A DNA stretch of 64,000 bases from Octopus bimaculoides (Eukaryota). A program made the position numbers and the translations under genes. This document shows positions 1 through 13,722 of this stretch, piece after piece. The stretch covers positions 24,473,695 through 24,537,694 of the forward strand of contig NC_068989.1 in assembly GCF_001194135.2 (NCBI RefSeq), read 5' to 3'. Positions within the stretch are counted from its first letter, which is position 1. Every line of letters begins with the position of its first letter. The notes beneath the pieces were generated by a model. That model was not told the DNA's origin. It saw nothing but the letters and a program-made list of their open reading frames with translations, and ran no database searches.

Positions 1-460
1 TGATTATTATTATTGTTGTTATCAAACAAAAATGAATCCCTAAAGGAAAATTGTTTATGTCTAAATACAAGGTTATCACCATTTCACACATGCTTGGGGT
101 ATATTCAAATCCTTAAGAAAGCCATTCACTGTGTCTCGTCATGGAGAAAATTTCTTGCTGTAGACAAATGGTATAAATACACCAAAATCAGTTTGCAAAG
201 CCACCTACCCAGACTGTGAATTGCCTCTTCAGTCACAAAAACCTGACAGGATGTGCTGTGTGCTGATAGAAGAGATTGTCTCTCTTATGATATTCCTGTC
301 ATCAGACAATGACTGGTAGCCCTAACAGGCAGCTGACCGAAAACAAATTACAGGGTGGCAGTGCTAAGTAGGAATGTGTATAAATACAAAGTTATCTTGA
401 ACACAATTTGTTTTTGTCTGTCCTTGCACACAATCTGTGCTTGATGAATGTGTAGGGAAG

Positions 461-846
461 TGGTTATACACCATTAGGTGTACACCGCTTCCGTACATTA
501 AATTTCTAGAAGAAACAACGGAATGCAGATTCTGAACACCATAACAATATTTATTTACAGTGGAATTCAGTTCACGCTTGGAGGGAATTCGGTAGCTCGT
601 CGCCCCCGGTTACTGAGACGCCTTCTGAATGATTTCCGTGGTTATTTGTGAAGCTCTGGTGCTGACATGTGAGAGAGCTCTGTTGGACGTCTTGGCTCGA
701 CGGAGATCAGTCAACGAAGAGACTGAGAAAAGGCGCCAAAGCTGGGTGTCGAACTCTACGCATGCGCATGAGACTCTTCCTGTATTCCTTCCGGAACTAG
801 TCCCTGCGCATGCGTGGATAAAACTCCGGACATTGAACATATAACA
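461..846 (-). mobile_element. Probable solo LTR; CpG-rich island
   Basis: Minus strand reads TGTTATA...TATAACCA (TG..CA with imperfect terminal inverted repeat). AATAAA on the minus strand at 550-555, promoter-like motifs upstream of it, and an abrupt CpG-rich composition. No clean TSD seen. Confidence 0.45.
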
Positions 847-2726
847 GTCATCTGCTATAAGTTGTCACTACAAATGTCTCCCTTTCAACTCATCTTGCTA
901 ATCCCTTGCCCTTCACACATGTTTACCATCCACTGCATTCTCCTCTCCATTATTTCCAACTTGCCTTTCACACTCTTGTGAATTTACCTGCTCACTCACC
1001 CTATCCAATCCTCTTCACTTATATTCATCTCCCTGTAACTTGAGAGGATGCACCCAAAACATCCTCATCACTACTTTCTCTCACTCACTTTTCAAACAGG
1101 AGTGGACATGTTTCTCCTCTAGAGCAAGGCACTTGTTTCTCTCTCTCTATCATACTTTAAACTCTCGTTGACTGACACAAACCTACCTCCCTCAATACTG
1201 TTCCCTGCCATTCAGATGAATGGTCTTTGTCTTGCAAGTTATTCAATGACCTTGCTGGCGCTGGTACTGTGTAGAAAGCACTCAGCACACTCTATAAAGT
1301 GGTTGACATTAGGAAAGGCATCCAGCTAAAGAAACCATGCCAAAGTAGATAGTAGAGCTTGGTGCAGACCTGTAGCTCACCAGTTCTAGTCAAACTGTCC
1401 AATCCCTACCAGCTTGGAATATGGATGTTAGATGGTGATGATGATGGTGGTGGTGATGTAGACATTCTAGTAGGATACACGACCATTCTCTCAGTTCTTT
1501 TTTTCAAGGAAAGCATATCATGTACTACATTATACAACATGTACTTCCTTTTAAAGATGATAGTGTTAAATGAAGCAGATTTGGCTACTATTTCTAGCAG
1601 GTCAACTGAAAATGTAATTGCTGTAGCATATTTATTATATTTGTTGGAGTTTGGCAGCATTGGTAGAGCAGTAGATATTTAGTTACATAGAGTAGTATTT
1701 AGTTAGATCCTCTTGGGTTTCTGAGTTCAAATCTCACTGAAGCCAACTTTGTTATTCGTAATTTTGAGGGTTGATAAAATAAAGTTCTAGCTGTGGCATT
1801 GTGTCTATTTTAATATCAATATTTGTTATTCATACAAATTAAAGTTAGGCATACATGTTGGTCATATAAATTAGTTGTATATGTTACTCATATATGTTGG
1901 TCACATACATTAGCTATATATATATTGGTCATATGTTTGTCATATAAGTTGATCATATGCATGAGTCATAAAAACAGGTCATATATCAACAACATCATCA
2001 TCATCATCGTTTAACGTCCACTTTCCATGCTAGCATGGGTTGGATGGTTTGACTGAGGACTGGTGAACCAGATGGCTGCACCAGGGTCCAATCTGATCTG
2101 GCAGAATTTCTACAGCTGGATGCCCTTCCTAATGCCAACCACTCCGAGAGTGTAGTAGGTGCTTTTACGTGCCACCGGCACGAGGGCCAGTCAGGTGGTA
2201 CTGGCAACAGCCATGCTCAAATGGTGTTTTTCACGTGCCACCTGCACAGGAGCCAGTCCAGCGGCACTGGTAACGACCTTGCTCGAATGTTTTTTCACGT
2301 GAATCATATAATATATATGACTAACATAGACATGAATCATATAAATTGGTCACATACATTAGGTGTATATATTAATCATATGTTTGTCATATAAGTTGAT
2401 CATAGGTATGAATCATATGAACTGGTCAAATGTTTAAACATAATGGTTATATATGTTGTTCATGGAAATTGGCTACATATGTTAGTCACATAAGTTGGTC
2501 ACAAACACCATGCATATGTGTTGGTCATATATTACATAATACGTAAGTTGGTCATATATACATGCGCATACCATCATGTATGTGTGCATATGTACATACA
2601 TATATACACGTGTGCTTACATAATTACATATGTAATTATGTGTATGCATGCATGCATAAACATAGATGTGTGTACGTATGTAAATCATATATAAATTTAT
2701 AACATCATTTAATTTCTAATACTCAC

Positions 2727-2795
2727 AGAGTTATTAGCAAGTGAGATTTCTGTTAAGGATTCTAAGGATTTCAGATGTTCCAATTCTTGAACTTC
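2727..2795 (-). CDS. LRRC9: LRRC9 exon (EVQELEHLKSLESLTEISLANNS); last exon found, gene continues beyond the window
   Basis: tattttcag| acceptor, TCT|gtgagt donor; phase 0 to 0; LRR motif. Confidence 0.88.
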
Positions 2796-2843
2796 CTGAA
2801 AATAAAAAGGAAAGAAACAAAGTATATGTGTGTGCATGTATGT

Positions 2844-2902
<59 letters not shown>

Positions 2903-3082
2903 CATGCACACATTCAATTAGTGGTTAAATTAACCTCATTAAGGGATGGTATCATTCAATGAATTACTGGTTCAGTACCTAATATTTGTTGTGAATAATA
3001 ATATTCATAAAACAATAGATTTATATATAAATCATGTTTTATAATCACTCAAAAGAAAGTAAGAAAATGGAGATATCTATAC

Positions 3083-3586
3083 CCGTGATTCCCAAACTTT
3101 TTAGAGACGCGACTCACTATTTATGACACCAGTTTATGGCGACCCACTTAACTCTACTGGGTAAAAACATTAATGAAAGAAACAAATTTATTTCAGATTA
3201 CATTTTCATTGAGGCGTTTTTTTATAACTATTTCAACGTCTCCATACCCTATGGGCAGGTATTAACTCTAATACAAAACCTCGAAGTAGTAACTGTTATT
3301 GGCTAGATCAGTGTTGTACGGCGCCTAGTTAAAGTTCTCTATAAATAGGTAAAAACAGACTTTTCCTTTTTACAATTACGTATGAATAAATAACTTGAGA
3401 AAATGACCACCTCTGATTTGTTAAGTTCGTGAAAAAAGCCTACTGCTTGATAAAACAACCAGTCTGGTATTGAAAACATGAGTCTTGAACTATCTCGATA
3501 GACAGCAGTTAATCAAAGCTAATGCGTAATTTTATAACTTTTTGTGACCCATCAGTGGGTCGCGACTCATAGTTTGGGAACCACTG
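3083..3586. mobile_element. Non-autonomous hAT-type element (MITE)
   Basis: TIRs CCGTGATTCCCAAAC / GTTTGGGAACCACTG, flanked by a perfect 8-bp TSD ATCTATAC (3075-3082, 3587-3594). Confidence 0.88.
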
Positions 3587-6521
3587 ATCTATACTATAAT
3601 GGAGAAAGCTACTTATTAATTAGGTAAGTAACAATTACTAAAAGTAGTAAAAGAAAGCAATTATTAAAGGATTAACCGTCTGGAAACATTTTTATAAATT
3701 TATGTTCTAAGAAATTTCCTATAATTTCGATTTCTCAAGTTTATTGAATTATTTTAACTCTGATTTCTCACAGATTTAAATATTCATTGCATTCACTGCA
3801 AAGTGTTCCATTTTCATTTGCAAAGTCTCTCATTTTCTCTTTTAAGTCTTCATTTGCTATTTGGAAGACCGACTGTTTATTCTACTATTGATTGAAAATT
3901 TTTTTTAAATACCCGTATAATTTTTGAATGTGGGGTAGCTGTGAGAAGAGCCTAGAAAGTTGGGCAATTACTATTAGAAGACCAGGAGAAAAAATAGTTA
4001 CCGACAAGTACTCGAAACTTGCACCTTATTCACAGTTTCCAAACACTGTACCACTAAGCCAATAAATACACAAACAAATTGCACGAGCGACTTCAACAGT
4101 AACACACAACAAGACACACTCATGCACACACACAGATACACATACACACAAATGAAAGGCAATGAATGTGTGTGTGTGTGTGTGTGTGTGACAAAACTTT
4201 GTGCTGCATCACTTTTGTGAAGTTTTGTCAGTGAACAGGTTGTGGTTTCAAAGCGAAGAAAATATTTTGACACAAATGAAATTTTAATGTTGAAGTGAAA
4301 TTGGTACAACTTTAATACAAGTGTCATGTACAAAACATTTTGAATGTATGAACTTACACTAAAACTAACCCTTCCCTTCATATTGTTACGTAGATGCATC
4401 GGGACCTCTGTATTTAAGTAGTGCCATGAAACTAAGGGTTTTTGTGTGTTCTTGAATGGCTTACAAACATCTTCTATGCTGCAATTGTTTTTGTTTCAGC
4501 ACACAATCTCAGATCAAGTCACTTGCTGTGCAAGTACATCTCCATAATTTTTTTAAATCACTGGATAAATGCCAGCAATGACCTTCTCAGGCTCTCCAAT
4601 ATTTTAATTTCTAAACAAAGACAATCGGGGGCAAGGAGTGGGGTTACNNNNNNNNNNNNNNNNNNNNNNNNNNNNNNNNNNNNNNNNNNNNNNNNNNNNN
4701 NNNNNNNNNNNNNNNNNNNNNNNNNNNNNNNNNNNNNNNNNNNNNNNNNNNNNNNNNNNNNNNNNNNNNNNNNNNNNNNNNNNNNNNNNNNNNNNNNNNN
4801 NNNNNNNNNNNNNNNNNNNNNNNNNNNNNNNNNNNNNNNNNNNNNNNNNNNNNNNNNNNNNNNNNNNNNNNNNNNNNNNNNNNNNNNNNNNNNNNNNNNN
4901 NNNNNNNNNNNNNNNNNNNNNNNNNNNNNNNNNNNNNNNNNNNNNNNNNNNNNNNNNNNNNNNNNNNNNNNNNNNNNNNNNNNNNNNNTCTTCCCATAGT
5001 TTTGAAGCACCAAAAAAAATTGGCCAAAGTAAGTCTAGAGTGAGATGATGAGGGAGGGGGTGTAAAAAAATAGTTTTCAAAACATTTTTCATACAAAGAT
5101 GCCCTCTCCACAACCCCATCATTTCGAAGGCTGTGGTTTAAAAAAAGGGGAGGAAATCCCTGAAAAAATTTTCCTCACAAATTTCTTTATAATCATAATC
5201 TATGCCATTTGAAAAGGATTTGTATAAATTTTCATTAAAAGATACCCATCTTCCTGAAAGCAATGAGGGGAAAAAAGTCAGATCGTGTGAATTTTCTAAA
5301 ACTTCTCTCTACACCCCTCTAAAAAATTCTTTCTCATAAATCCCTATATACTCTAATGTCACAACATCTAAGCGGTATTTGTAGAAAGTTTTGTGAAGAA
5401 GTATTCGTTTTCTGGACATTTTGAGGCTAGAAAGTTGGGGGCATATACATCTGTAGTAATGCACTTTAATTTATATGATTTTTTTCATTTCATGTTTATT
5501 TCACTCATTGTTTGCAATGTTCTCTCCCACCCTCTCTCTCTCACACACACACTGCAAAGCTTACAGATGAGCTGCTGAATTGAAATCGCTATGTTGCTTT
5601 GAAGGGAAGGTAAAATTTGACAAACGGCTTCTCCCTCTGTTGTTGGACTACCGTGATGTTTGTTTAAAAAGGAGAGATGACTGTGATGAAATAATGAAAG
5701 CAATATTTACTAAGCAAGTGAGCACTATTATGCAAAGAAATAATTAGACATAAAATATAAAAATTATTATAATTGGGAATCAAATGTGAAAATATCAAGT
5801 GGCTAGCACACTATAACTTCATGACTGAAGATTTAAATAAAAAATTTCCAACATTTGTGGAGAATTCTCTAAGAATTTTGGAATTTTTGAAACCTTTTGG
5901 TATTTTCTGCATTGTCCCCAAAACTTACTCTTCAAGTATTTTGAGGTTTATGTAATCTATTAAAAACTCTCACCCTTTAACACTGTCTCATCTTTTCACT
6001 TTTTTTTTGTTTTCATTTTCTCAATTGTTACTTTTTCATTTTCTCCTGTCTTATATTCATTTTTATTAACTTATCTTAACTTGGCTTGGTGTCCCCTGTT
6101 TTTATTCAAATACAATATTTCATTCTCCTCTTTCATTTTCCCAACCTCTCTTACTGTTGTCTTTCTATACTAGAATGGGCCCTAAAGTTTTGAAAAGGAC
6201 AGGACACATTGGATAATGTAATCCTAAGTATGCAATGCTTGAGAGAAGAGAGAGTGGTTATAACTGGAATACCTTTGACAAGGTGCTTTTAACATGGCAC
6301 ACCAGCCCTGGCAGGGTAACCAAGTAACTCACAAGACAAAGAATTATGAGAGGGGTAGGGTATTTGTGCCAGAGGATGAAAGTTAGAGTGTGACAAAGAG
6401 ACAGAAGTAAGTGTCCTGCCACAACGGGGGGCATAAGAGGAAGTGATCCAGTATCAAATGATGAAAAGTTAGTATGTAACAGAGAAATAGGTGTCTTGCC
6501 ATAGAGGAGGTACATGGTTTT

Positions 6522-6552
<31 letters not shown>

Positions 6553-8984
6553 GAGAGAGAGAGATTATTTAAAAACAATGAATGCTGATGGTAGATGCCA
6601 GTTCTGCCTGACTGGTCCCATACTAGTGGCACATAAAATGCACCATTCGAGTGTGATCATTGCCAGTACTGCCTGACTGGCTCCTGTGCTAGTGGCACAT
6701 AGAAAGCACCAATTGAGCATGGTCATTGCCAATGCTGCCTGACTGGCTCCTGTGCAGGTGGCACGTAAAAAGCACCGTTCAAGAATGGCCAATGCCAGTA
6801 TCGCCTGACTGGCCCTCATGCTGGTGGAACGTAAAAAGCACCCACTACACTCTCAGAGTGGTTGGTGTCAGGAAGGGCATCCAGCTGTAGAAACTTTGCC
6901 AAATCAGATTGGAGCCTGGTGCAGCCTCCTGGCTTGCCAGCCCTCAGTCAAACCATCCAACCCATGCTAGCATGGAAAGTGGACGTTAAACGACAACGAT
7001 GATGATAATGTCTACATATACAAACACTACACAATATGTTATGAATCTCACCTATTCATATATACAAACTCACACACCCATACATCCACACATATATATA
7101 CATATCCATATATCCACACCCACACCTATGAACATGTAGTCCACATAAACTAAGATATAGACATATATACAGCTATATATCCTGATATACATACACACAT
7201 ATGAAAATTTAGTTCACACAATATACACATAGATGTAAATATATGCATATATACTCACAATCATATGCTTGGCTGAAATGCATAAATAAATAAAAATATA
7301 TACTCATAAACACATACACCCAGACTAACATATATACATAATGAGCTTCACATAAGTACATAGTGACACTTATATGGTAAGCTGACAGCCACATGCATTC
7401 AAAGTCATGTACATTTATAAGTAAACAGTGGGAGTGGGGGTAGGCATAACGTTTTTGAAAGATGGATACTGTGTATAACTTACATTAAGATTTAGAACAT
7501 TTACTATAATTATTATTATTAATATACCCTAAACCATATAAAATAATAGATTAACATTTCAAGCTATATATTATCATATAAACGTAGAAGCATATGAAAA
7601 ACCTTACTGTCCTACTCTAACACAAAACATAAGAGAATTAATTTAATCTAATTTGTATTTGTTTAACCTATATAATATACAGGATGGTGTAGAAGAGAGA
7701 AACATTAAACATTAAACTGCCTCAGAATTGCTCTGACACAGTCAGAAATTTCAGTTGTTGATTGGGAGAGGGAAGCATAAGACTGAGATGGGCTTCTTTC
7801 TGTCTGCTAAATCCACCCACAAAACTTTGGTTGGCCAGAGGCTACAGTAGAAGACATTTGCCTAGAACCCAGAACCATGTGGTTGAGAAGCAAGCTTCTT
7901 ACTACACAACCACACCTGTTCATTTAATGTCCATTTTTCCATGCTAGCATGAGTTGGATAGGTATTTAGTTGAAGTAAATTTTTACAGTTGGATGCTTTT
8001 GCCCTTTCCATCTCTTACATTTAAGGGAGTTTTTTTTTATGGTATGCAGGTATTTTGAAAATACCTCACAGAGTGAAGACTGTGCTCTGCATAGTTACAA
8101 GTTGCTTTTGGCAATGAGTAACATCCATTCAGTCACCTTACCAGGCAAAGTCATGGGACCACAGCATGGCAGATTGTGAAGAGGTTGCAGAAGAGATCAA
8201 CTGAGCCAACAGTGCTTCTTACATTGATGTTAAGTGGAGGAATCCCTGAAGATCAATAGTCAGACTCACCAAGCTCTATCAAGAGAGTAACTGTAATGCA
8301 ACCATAGGAGTGGTGTCCATGGTTGTGTAATCAGCTAATGAAAAATTCATAATAATGGAATTGGATGGTAACAGAGAGCCATGAGAATTTGCAAAAGCAG
8401 AGCAACGAGGAAGAAGAGAGTTTTAATTCTGCTAACCTTTGAAAGCACAGAGAAACCTGTCATAGCATCATCAATAAATGTTGACAATATGATATTTCCT
8501 GTTTCACTCATGCAAAGCTATACGATGTCAATACTTGTGAACACACAGACATGAATGGCTTCCTACAGTTTCCATGCACCAAATTAATTCACACACTATT
8601 GGTTGACCAGGGGCTATAATAGAAGACACTTATTTAAGAGGATGTTCAGTAGGATTGAACCTGAAACCACATGGTTGTGAAACAAACTTCTTAGCCAAAC
8701 AGCCATGCTGGTACTTATATAAATATGAATCATTTTGAACAATGAAAGACATCCATAGGAGAGTATTTTGTGGTACTTAGTTCAATGTGCTTATATTCTG
8801 AGTTCAAATCTTACCAAAGTTGATTTTACTATTCACACCAGCAGCATTGATAAAAATACATAGATAAAACAATATCAGTCATATGCTGGGGGTACTGATG
8901 GGTTTTATTCAGTTGATCTTATATGCTTTCGTAAAAAAACCCCGACCTTTTTCATTCCCCTCACCTTCTTAAAAATGAGGGAAT

Positions 8985-10280
8985 ATGAATTCAGTGTACA
9001 GGTAGGAGTTCACCAACGATCAGTTCTCAGCCCCTCTTGTTTATCTTAGTCATCCAGGCCTTAACAGAGGAATTCAAGACTTGCTGTTCCTGGGAGCTTC
9101 TCTACACTAATGACCTTGTTCTTATAGCTGAATCACTATCTGACCTAGAGAAGAAGTTTCAGATGTGGAAGCAAAGTCTGGAATCTAAGGGCCTTAGAGT
9201 TAATTTAGCAAAAACTAAAGTCCATGTAGGAAAGCAGACAAATCACAAGTCACTTTAGGGAGATGTCCCTGCTTGATTTGTAAGAAGGGTGTTGGTAGAA
9301 ACTCCATATGTTGTACCCAGTGCAAACTTTGGACATATAAGAGGTGCAGTGGTATCACAAGAAGGTTAATGGAGAAAATAGTCTTTGTGTGTGGCAAATG
9401 TGAAGGTACAATAAGCACTAAAAATGTACAGGTAACAGACTCCCTCAAATGCTTGGGGAGATTATTAGAAGATAGCTTCTGTTACCTAGGTGACCAAGTT
9501 AGCAGTGGAAGAAGTTCTGGAAGTTTTAGCTGCTAGAATAAGAACAGACTGGGTAAAGTTCAGAGAGCTTCTACCTTTGTTGGTAACAAAGGGCCTCTCC
9601 CTCAAAGTGAAAGATAGATTGTATGATGCCTGTGCATATACAGCTATGCTACATGACAGTGAAAAATGGGCTTTGACTATAGAGAAGTTGCGAAGGCTTG
9701 GAAGAAATGAAGCTAGCATGCTCTGCTGGATGGGTAATGTCAGTGTGAACATATGACAGAGTGTAAATAATTTAAGAAGACTGGGTATAAGAGGATTGTG
9801 TGCAAGGGAGAAGACTGTGCTGGTTTGGTCATGTGATGTGTATGGATAAGGACAGCTGAGCTCTAATGGTGGAGGGGAACATGTGGAAGGGATAGACCCA
9901 GAAAGATATAGGATGAAGTGGTGGGAAAGGATCCTTTGACACTGGATTTCACTGAGGAAATGACAAGGGACCAGGAGTTGTGGCAATTTGTGATACTTGG
10001 GAAGACGCATCAAGCTAAGTAAAATCATTATCATCCATACAGGGGCTGATGCCACATAAATTGCACTTGTACCGGTGCTGCATAAATACACTTGTGCCCA
10101 TGACACATAAAAAGCACCTAGTATACTCTGTAAAGTGGTTGGCATTATAGGAAGGGCATCCAGCTGTAGAAACCACAGACAACTGGAGTCTGGACCCATC
10201 CCACCAGCTGACCAGTTCCTGTCAAACCATCCAACTTATGCCAGCATGGAAAACGGACATTAGACAATCATGATGATTAA
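8985..10280 (+). mobile_element. 5'-truncated decayed RTE-clade LINE (RT C-terminal half plus 3' UTR)
   Basis: Broken frames give 'GVHQRSVLSP..', 'LLYTNDLVL' (YADD-like), 'NSICCTQCKLW..KRCSG', 'FCYLGD' and 'LY.ACA...MLH.SE.W'. The 3' UTR ends in a gatgat-type tail. Confidence 0.88.
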
Positions 10281-10357
10281 ATGTATAAAAAAAATTATCC
10301 CAGCTGGGAAAGAAACAGAAGAAGAAGGAGGAGGAGAAGAAAAGGACTACTAGTTAC

Positions 10358-10575
10358 CTGTATTTTATTACTGCCGACATAGAGGCGTTGCAACTTGGTC
10401 AGTTGGCCCAATGCAGCCAGACTGACCAGACGATTTTCTTCCAAGTGCAGCTCCAGAAGATTCAGTTGACCAGAGAAGGACTGTGGACTCAATGTTCGAA
10501 TTTTGTTAGCATCCAGAATTAACTCAGAGAGGTTCGTTAACTGTTCAATGCCATCAACTTTCATAATCTCGTTAC
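10358..10575 (-). CDS. LRRC9: LRRC9 exon (NEIMKVDGIEQLTNLSELILDANKIR...LHLEENRL...YVGSNKIQ)
   Basis: acacag| acceptor, CAG|gtaact donor; phase 1 to 0; three LRRs with conserved 'LHLEENRL'. Confidence 0.94.
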
Positions 10576-11043
10576 CTGTGTTTTTTTTTTTGTTTTTGTG
10601 CAAGAATAGCATAAAAAAAACAGGGATTTTCAAAATGGTCATATATTACGGATTTAAGAGACTCAATAATTAACAAGTTATTTTTAGCAATAGCTAATTA
10701 GCTGCAAAGTTGAGCGGAGCTGTTTACTTTACCTTGACATTGTGTTATTCCACAATATTTGATATTTATCCACAGGGCAATCAAAATACACACACACATG
10801 TGCACACTAACACATGCACACATACATACACTTTCTCTCTCTCTCTCCCTCTCATGTTGACACACACATACTCTCCCATACATTCATACATACACATACA
10901 TGTAAACTCCCTCCCTCACTCTGTCAGTCTCTCTCTCTCTCTCACACACACACACCACTCCCCACTACACAAATGTACACATGCATCACATACATATATG
11001 CATTTTCACTTGAAATGAGAAATCTGAAAAGTGTAAGACTGAC

Positions 11044-11117
11044 CTTGTAAGAAAAGTGCTCGGAGAGATGGAAGACGGAACAGCTGCAGCTGGGCCAAAC
11101 TTTTTATCTCATTGTAC
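11044..11117 (-). CDS. LRRC9: LRRC9 exon (YNEIKSLAQLQLFRLPSLRALFLQ-G)
   Basis: caccacag| acceptor, G|gtcagt donor; phase 2 to 1. Matches recalled 'YNGI..L.QLQL.RL..LK.LFLQG'. Confidence 0.94.
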
Positions 11118-12320
11118 CTGTGGTGAAATAGTAAGTAAAGTAATGGGTTTAGGTGAGTACTGCCACATTACTCAAGATTTGTGTTTGAATGAATCATATT
11201 GTAATTGACTTCTGTTGGTTTTTCAAAGATATCTTAATCTGCACTGGATAAACCTTATCCATCATCTAAACCTTTCTAAGACGATCTATGCCCAAGTTTA
11301 TTTGCCCTCCTCTGGTGCTCTTAACATGCTTACTGTTTCACAAAACCTTACACCACTAAAATTTTATCCTTTGCCTCAAAGCTACTGCACACCAACACAT
11401 ATTACGGTCCATGTTTTCCTTGTAGGCAGCAACCTGCTGAAATGAAATTCAAGCTGAACATCAATTGTATTGATCTCAGGTATCTGGAATTGGCTTGAGA
11501 AAGCTAACGGCAATGGACACTGCTAAAATATGAAAGCGACATATTTATTCACAGTTAACCAACCAATCAGCTTGTTCAGTGCTTAGATGTAAAAGAGACA
11601 AAATCTGGTTTTGTAGATTCATAACACGATGTAACACGATTCTTGTCCTTGGGTAACAACTGTTATTTCCTATTTGCTTACCCCTAAAAAGTATGAAAAA
11701 TGGCTAATATTTCCTTCAAACTTTGCTTTTGTTACATTTATTCAAACCCCAAAGAATCCCTCTCAACATATGGCTATGGTGCTCCCCCACTACTCCTGCT
11801 CATGATCAGAGATGCACATATTGTCAGCCACTAAGGGACATGCTCAAGTGGTTAAAGTCAAGCAACTGACAAGCAAATCTATGGTACTGAAGAGAATATT
11901 TGTAATAATGATATTTCTGCTTCAGCATCTCATCACTGACTCTGTCTGAAATGTAATGGAGAGTAGGTCAGTTTCAAAATATTGATGTTCAGGTTACAAA
12001 AGCAAAGCTGGAAGAGAATAGTTGTCATTTCCTTTGATTTCTAGTTAGAAACAAACAGGAAATAACACTTACTGACCAAAGAAAAATAAATTGTTACACA
12101 GCGTAATTCACAGTTTTAATTCAAATAAGCAACAATCACGTCCCAGAACCAATAAGAAGGTTGATTCCCAGCAATTAGATTACATTAAATTATCACTGGT
12201 CGTACAGACTCATAGTACATAAGTAACCATGAAAAATCTGTGATATACATTTAGCAAAGCAGAATTGATTACAATAACTAGTGGCTAATATGCTTGTTAT
12301 AAATGCTCTTGTTGTCCAAT

Positions 12321-12702
12321 TGTTGGCACTCCGTCGCCTACGACGTCGAGGGTTCCAGTTGATTCGATCAACGGAACAGCCTGCTCGTGAAATTAACGTG
12401 CAAGTGGCTGAGCACTCCACTGACACGTGTACCCTTAACATAGTTCTTGGGGATATTCAGCGTGACACAGTGTGACAAGGCTGACCCTTTGAATTACAGG
12501 CACAACAGAAACAGGAAGTAAGAGTGAGAGAAAGTTGTGGTGAAAGAGTACAGCAGGGTTTGCCACCATCCCCTGCCGGAGCCTCGTGGAGCTTTAGGTG
12601 TTTTCGCTCAATAAACACTCACAACGCCCGGTCTGAGAATCGAAACTGCGATCCTATGACCGCGAGTCTGCTGCTCTAACCACTGGGCCATTGCGCTTCC
12701 AC
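12321..12702 (-). mobile_element. tRNA-derived SINE (about 380 bp family, copy 1)
   Basis: Pol III A box (TGGCCCAGTGG) and B-box-like GTTTCGATTC at the 5' end; CAA-type tail; 11-bp TSD TGTTGTCCAAT. Confidence 0.9.
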
Positions 12703-13176
12703 TGTTGTCCAATATATAAATATAAAGTGTAAAAAAAAAACAAAAGAAATCCATTCTCCAGTCACTATAATTTTTTGCATAGTTTTATTTTCCCTAATGA
12801 TCCTTAATTTGTTAAAACTCATTTTTGACTTTTGTTTAGCCACAGTCCATTGGTAAAGCAGGGCTGTTCCATTTTATAAAAAGTAACTTTCAAGGCAAAT
12901 ATCATGTGGTGATTGTTAATGAGCATCACCATCATACTTTTGCTGTTGTTCCTTTCCAATCTTGAAAATCATGTCTTGCCAAGAGGAAATATTACCTTGT
13001 TTAAAAACAGGTGAAGGTTGGCAGCAGGAGGGGTATCCAGCCGTAGAAAATCAACCTCAACAAATTCTGCTCAACACATGTAAGCATGGTAAAGTGAATG
13101 TTAAAATGATGTTCATGATGATATATGTATGCATGAGAGAGTGAGAAAGAGTGATAAATTATCAAAGAAAGCTCAC

Positions 13177-13349
13177 CCAAGATGTAAAATTTCTAATTTC
13201 TTCAGATATGTACTTTCTTCTTCAGAACTACATGAGAGATTTCCATAAGTATCTTCAGTACTGTCAGTCTTTTGTTTATTTTTATTTGGATTGAATTTGG
13301 GTGAAGGGGATACAATACACTCCACCCTGTTGTTGTTTAAACACAATAC
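13177..13349 (-). CDS. LRRC9: LRRC9 exon (VLCLNNNRVECIVSPSPK...TYLKKLEILHL-G)
   Basis: cccacag| acceptor, GG|gtgagc donor; phase 0 to 2. Conserved 'VLCLN.N.IE.I' and 'LE.LHLG' ends. Confidence 0.92.
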
Positions 13350-13688
13350 CTGTGGGTTAATTAAATAGAATATAACACAGAACATAACAAGTGATAGGTA
13401 AACTGAGCCAAAGGTGGGGGCAAACTCTATACCAGTAATTACTATTCTTTTATTCTTTGACTTGTTTTCGTCATTTTAACTGTGGCCATGTTGGAGCACC
13501 ACCTTTAGTCAAACAAACCGACTCCAGGACTTATTCTTTATAAGCCTAGAACTTATTCTATTGGTCTCTTTTGCCAAACTGCTAAGTCACAGGGACATAA
13601 ACATACCAACACTGGTTGTCAAGCGATGGTGGGAGGACAAACACAAATACATACATACACACACACATACATACATATATATACACAT

Positions 13689-13722
<34 letters not shown>

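Noticed and set aside
1406-1660. Minus ORF as a possible next LRRC9 exon
   Set aside because: No LRR-cap motif; it overlaps common repeats. The terminal exon(s) are probably outside the window.
6590-6840. Regular ~46-bp repeats superficially like a CRISPR array
   Set aside because: These are degenerate tandem subrepeats of a dispersed RTE-type 3'-end element with no unique spacers, in a eukaryotic context.
10728-10800. CAAG|gtaaa donor that fits the phase of the 10575 exon
   Set aside because: The upstream frame is CA-repeat-derived; the true upstream exon is 11044-11117.
12321-12702. tRNA-like sequence with A/B boxes
   Set aside because: It is a SINE head with body, tail and TSD, present in four copies; not a tRNA gene.
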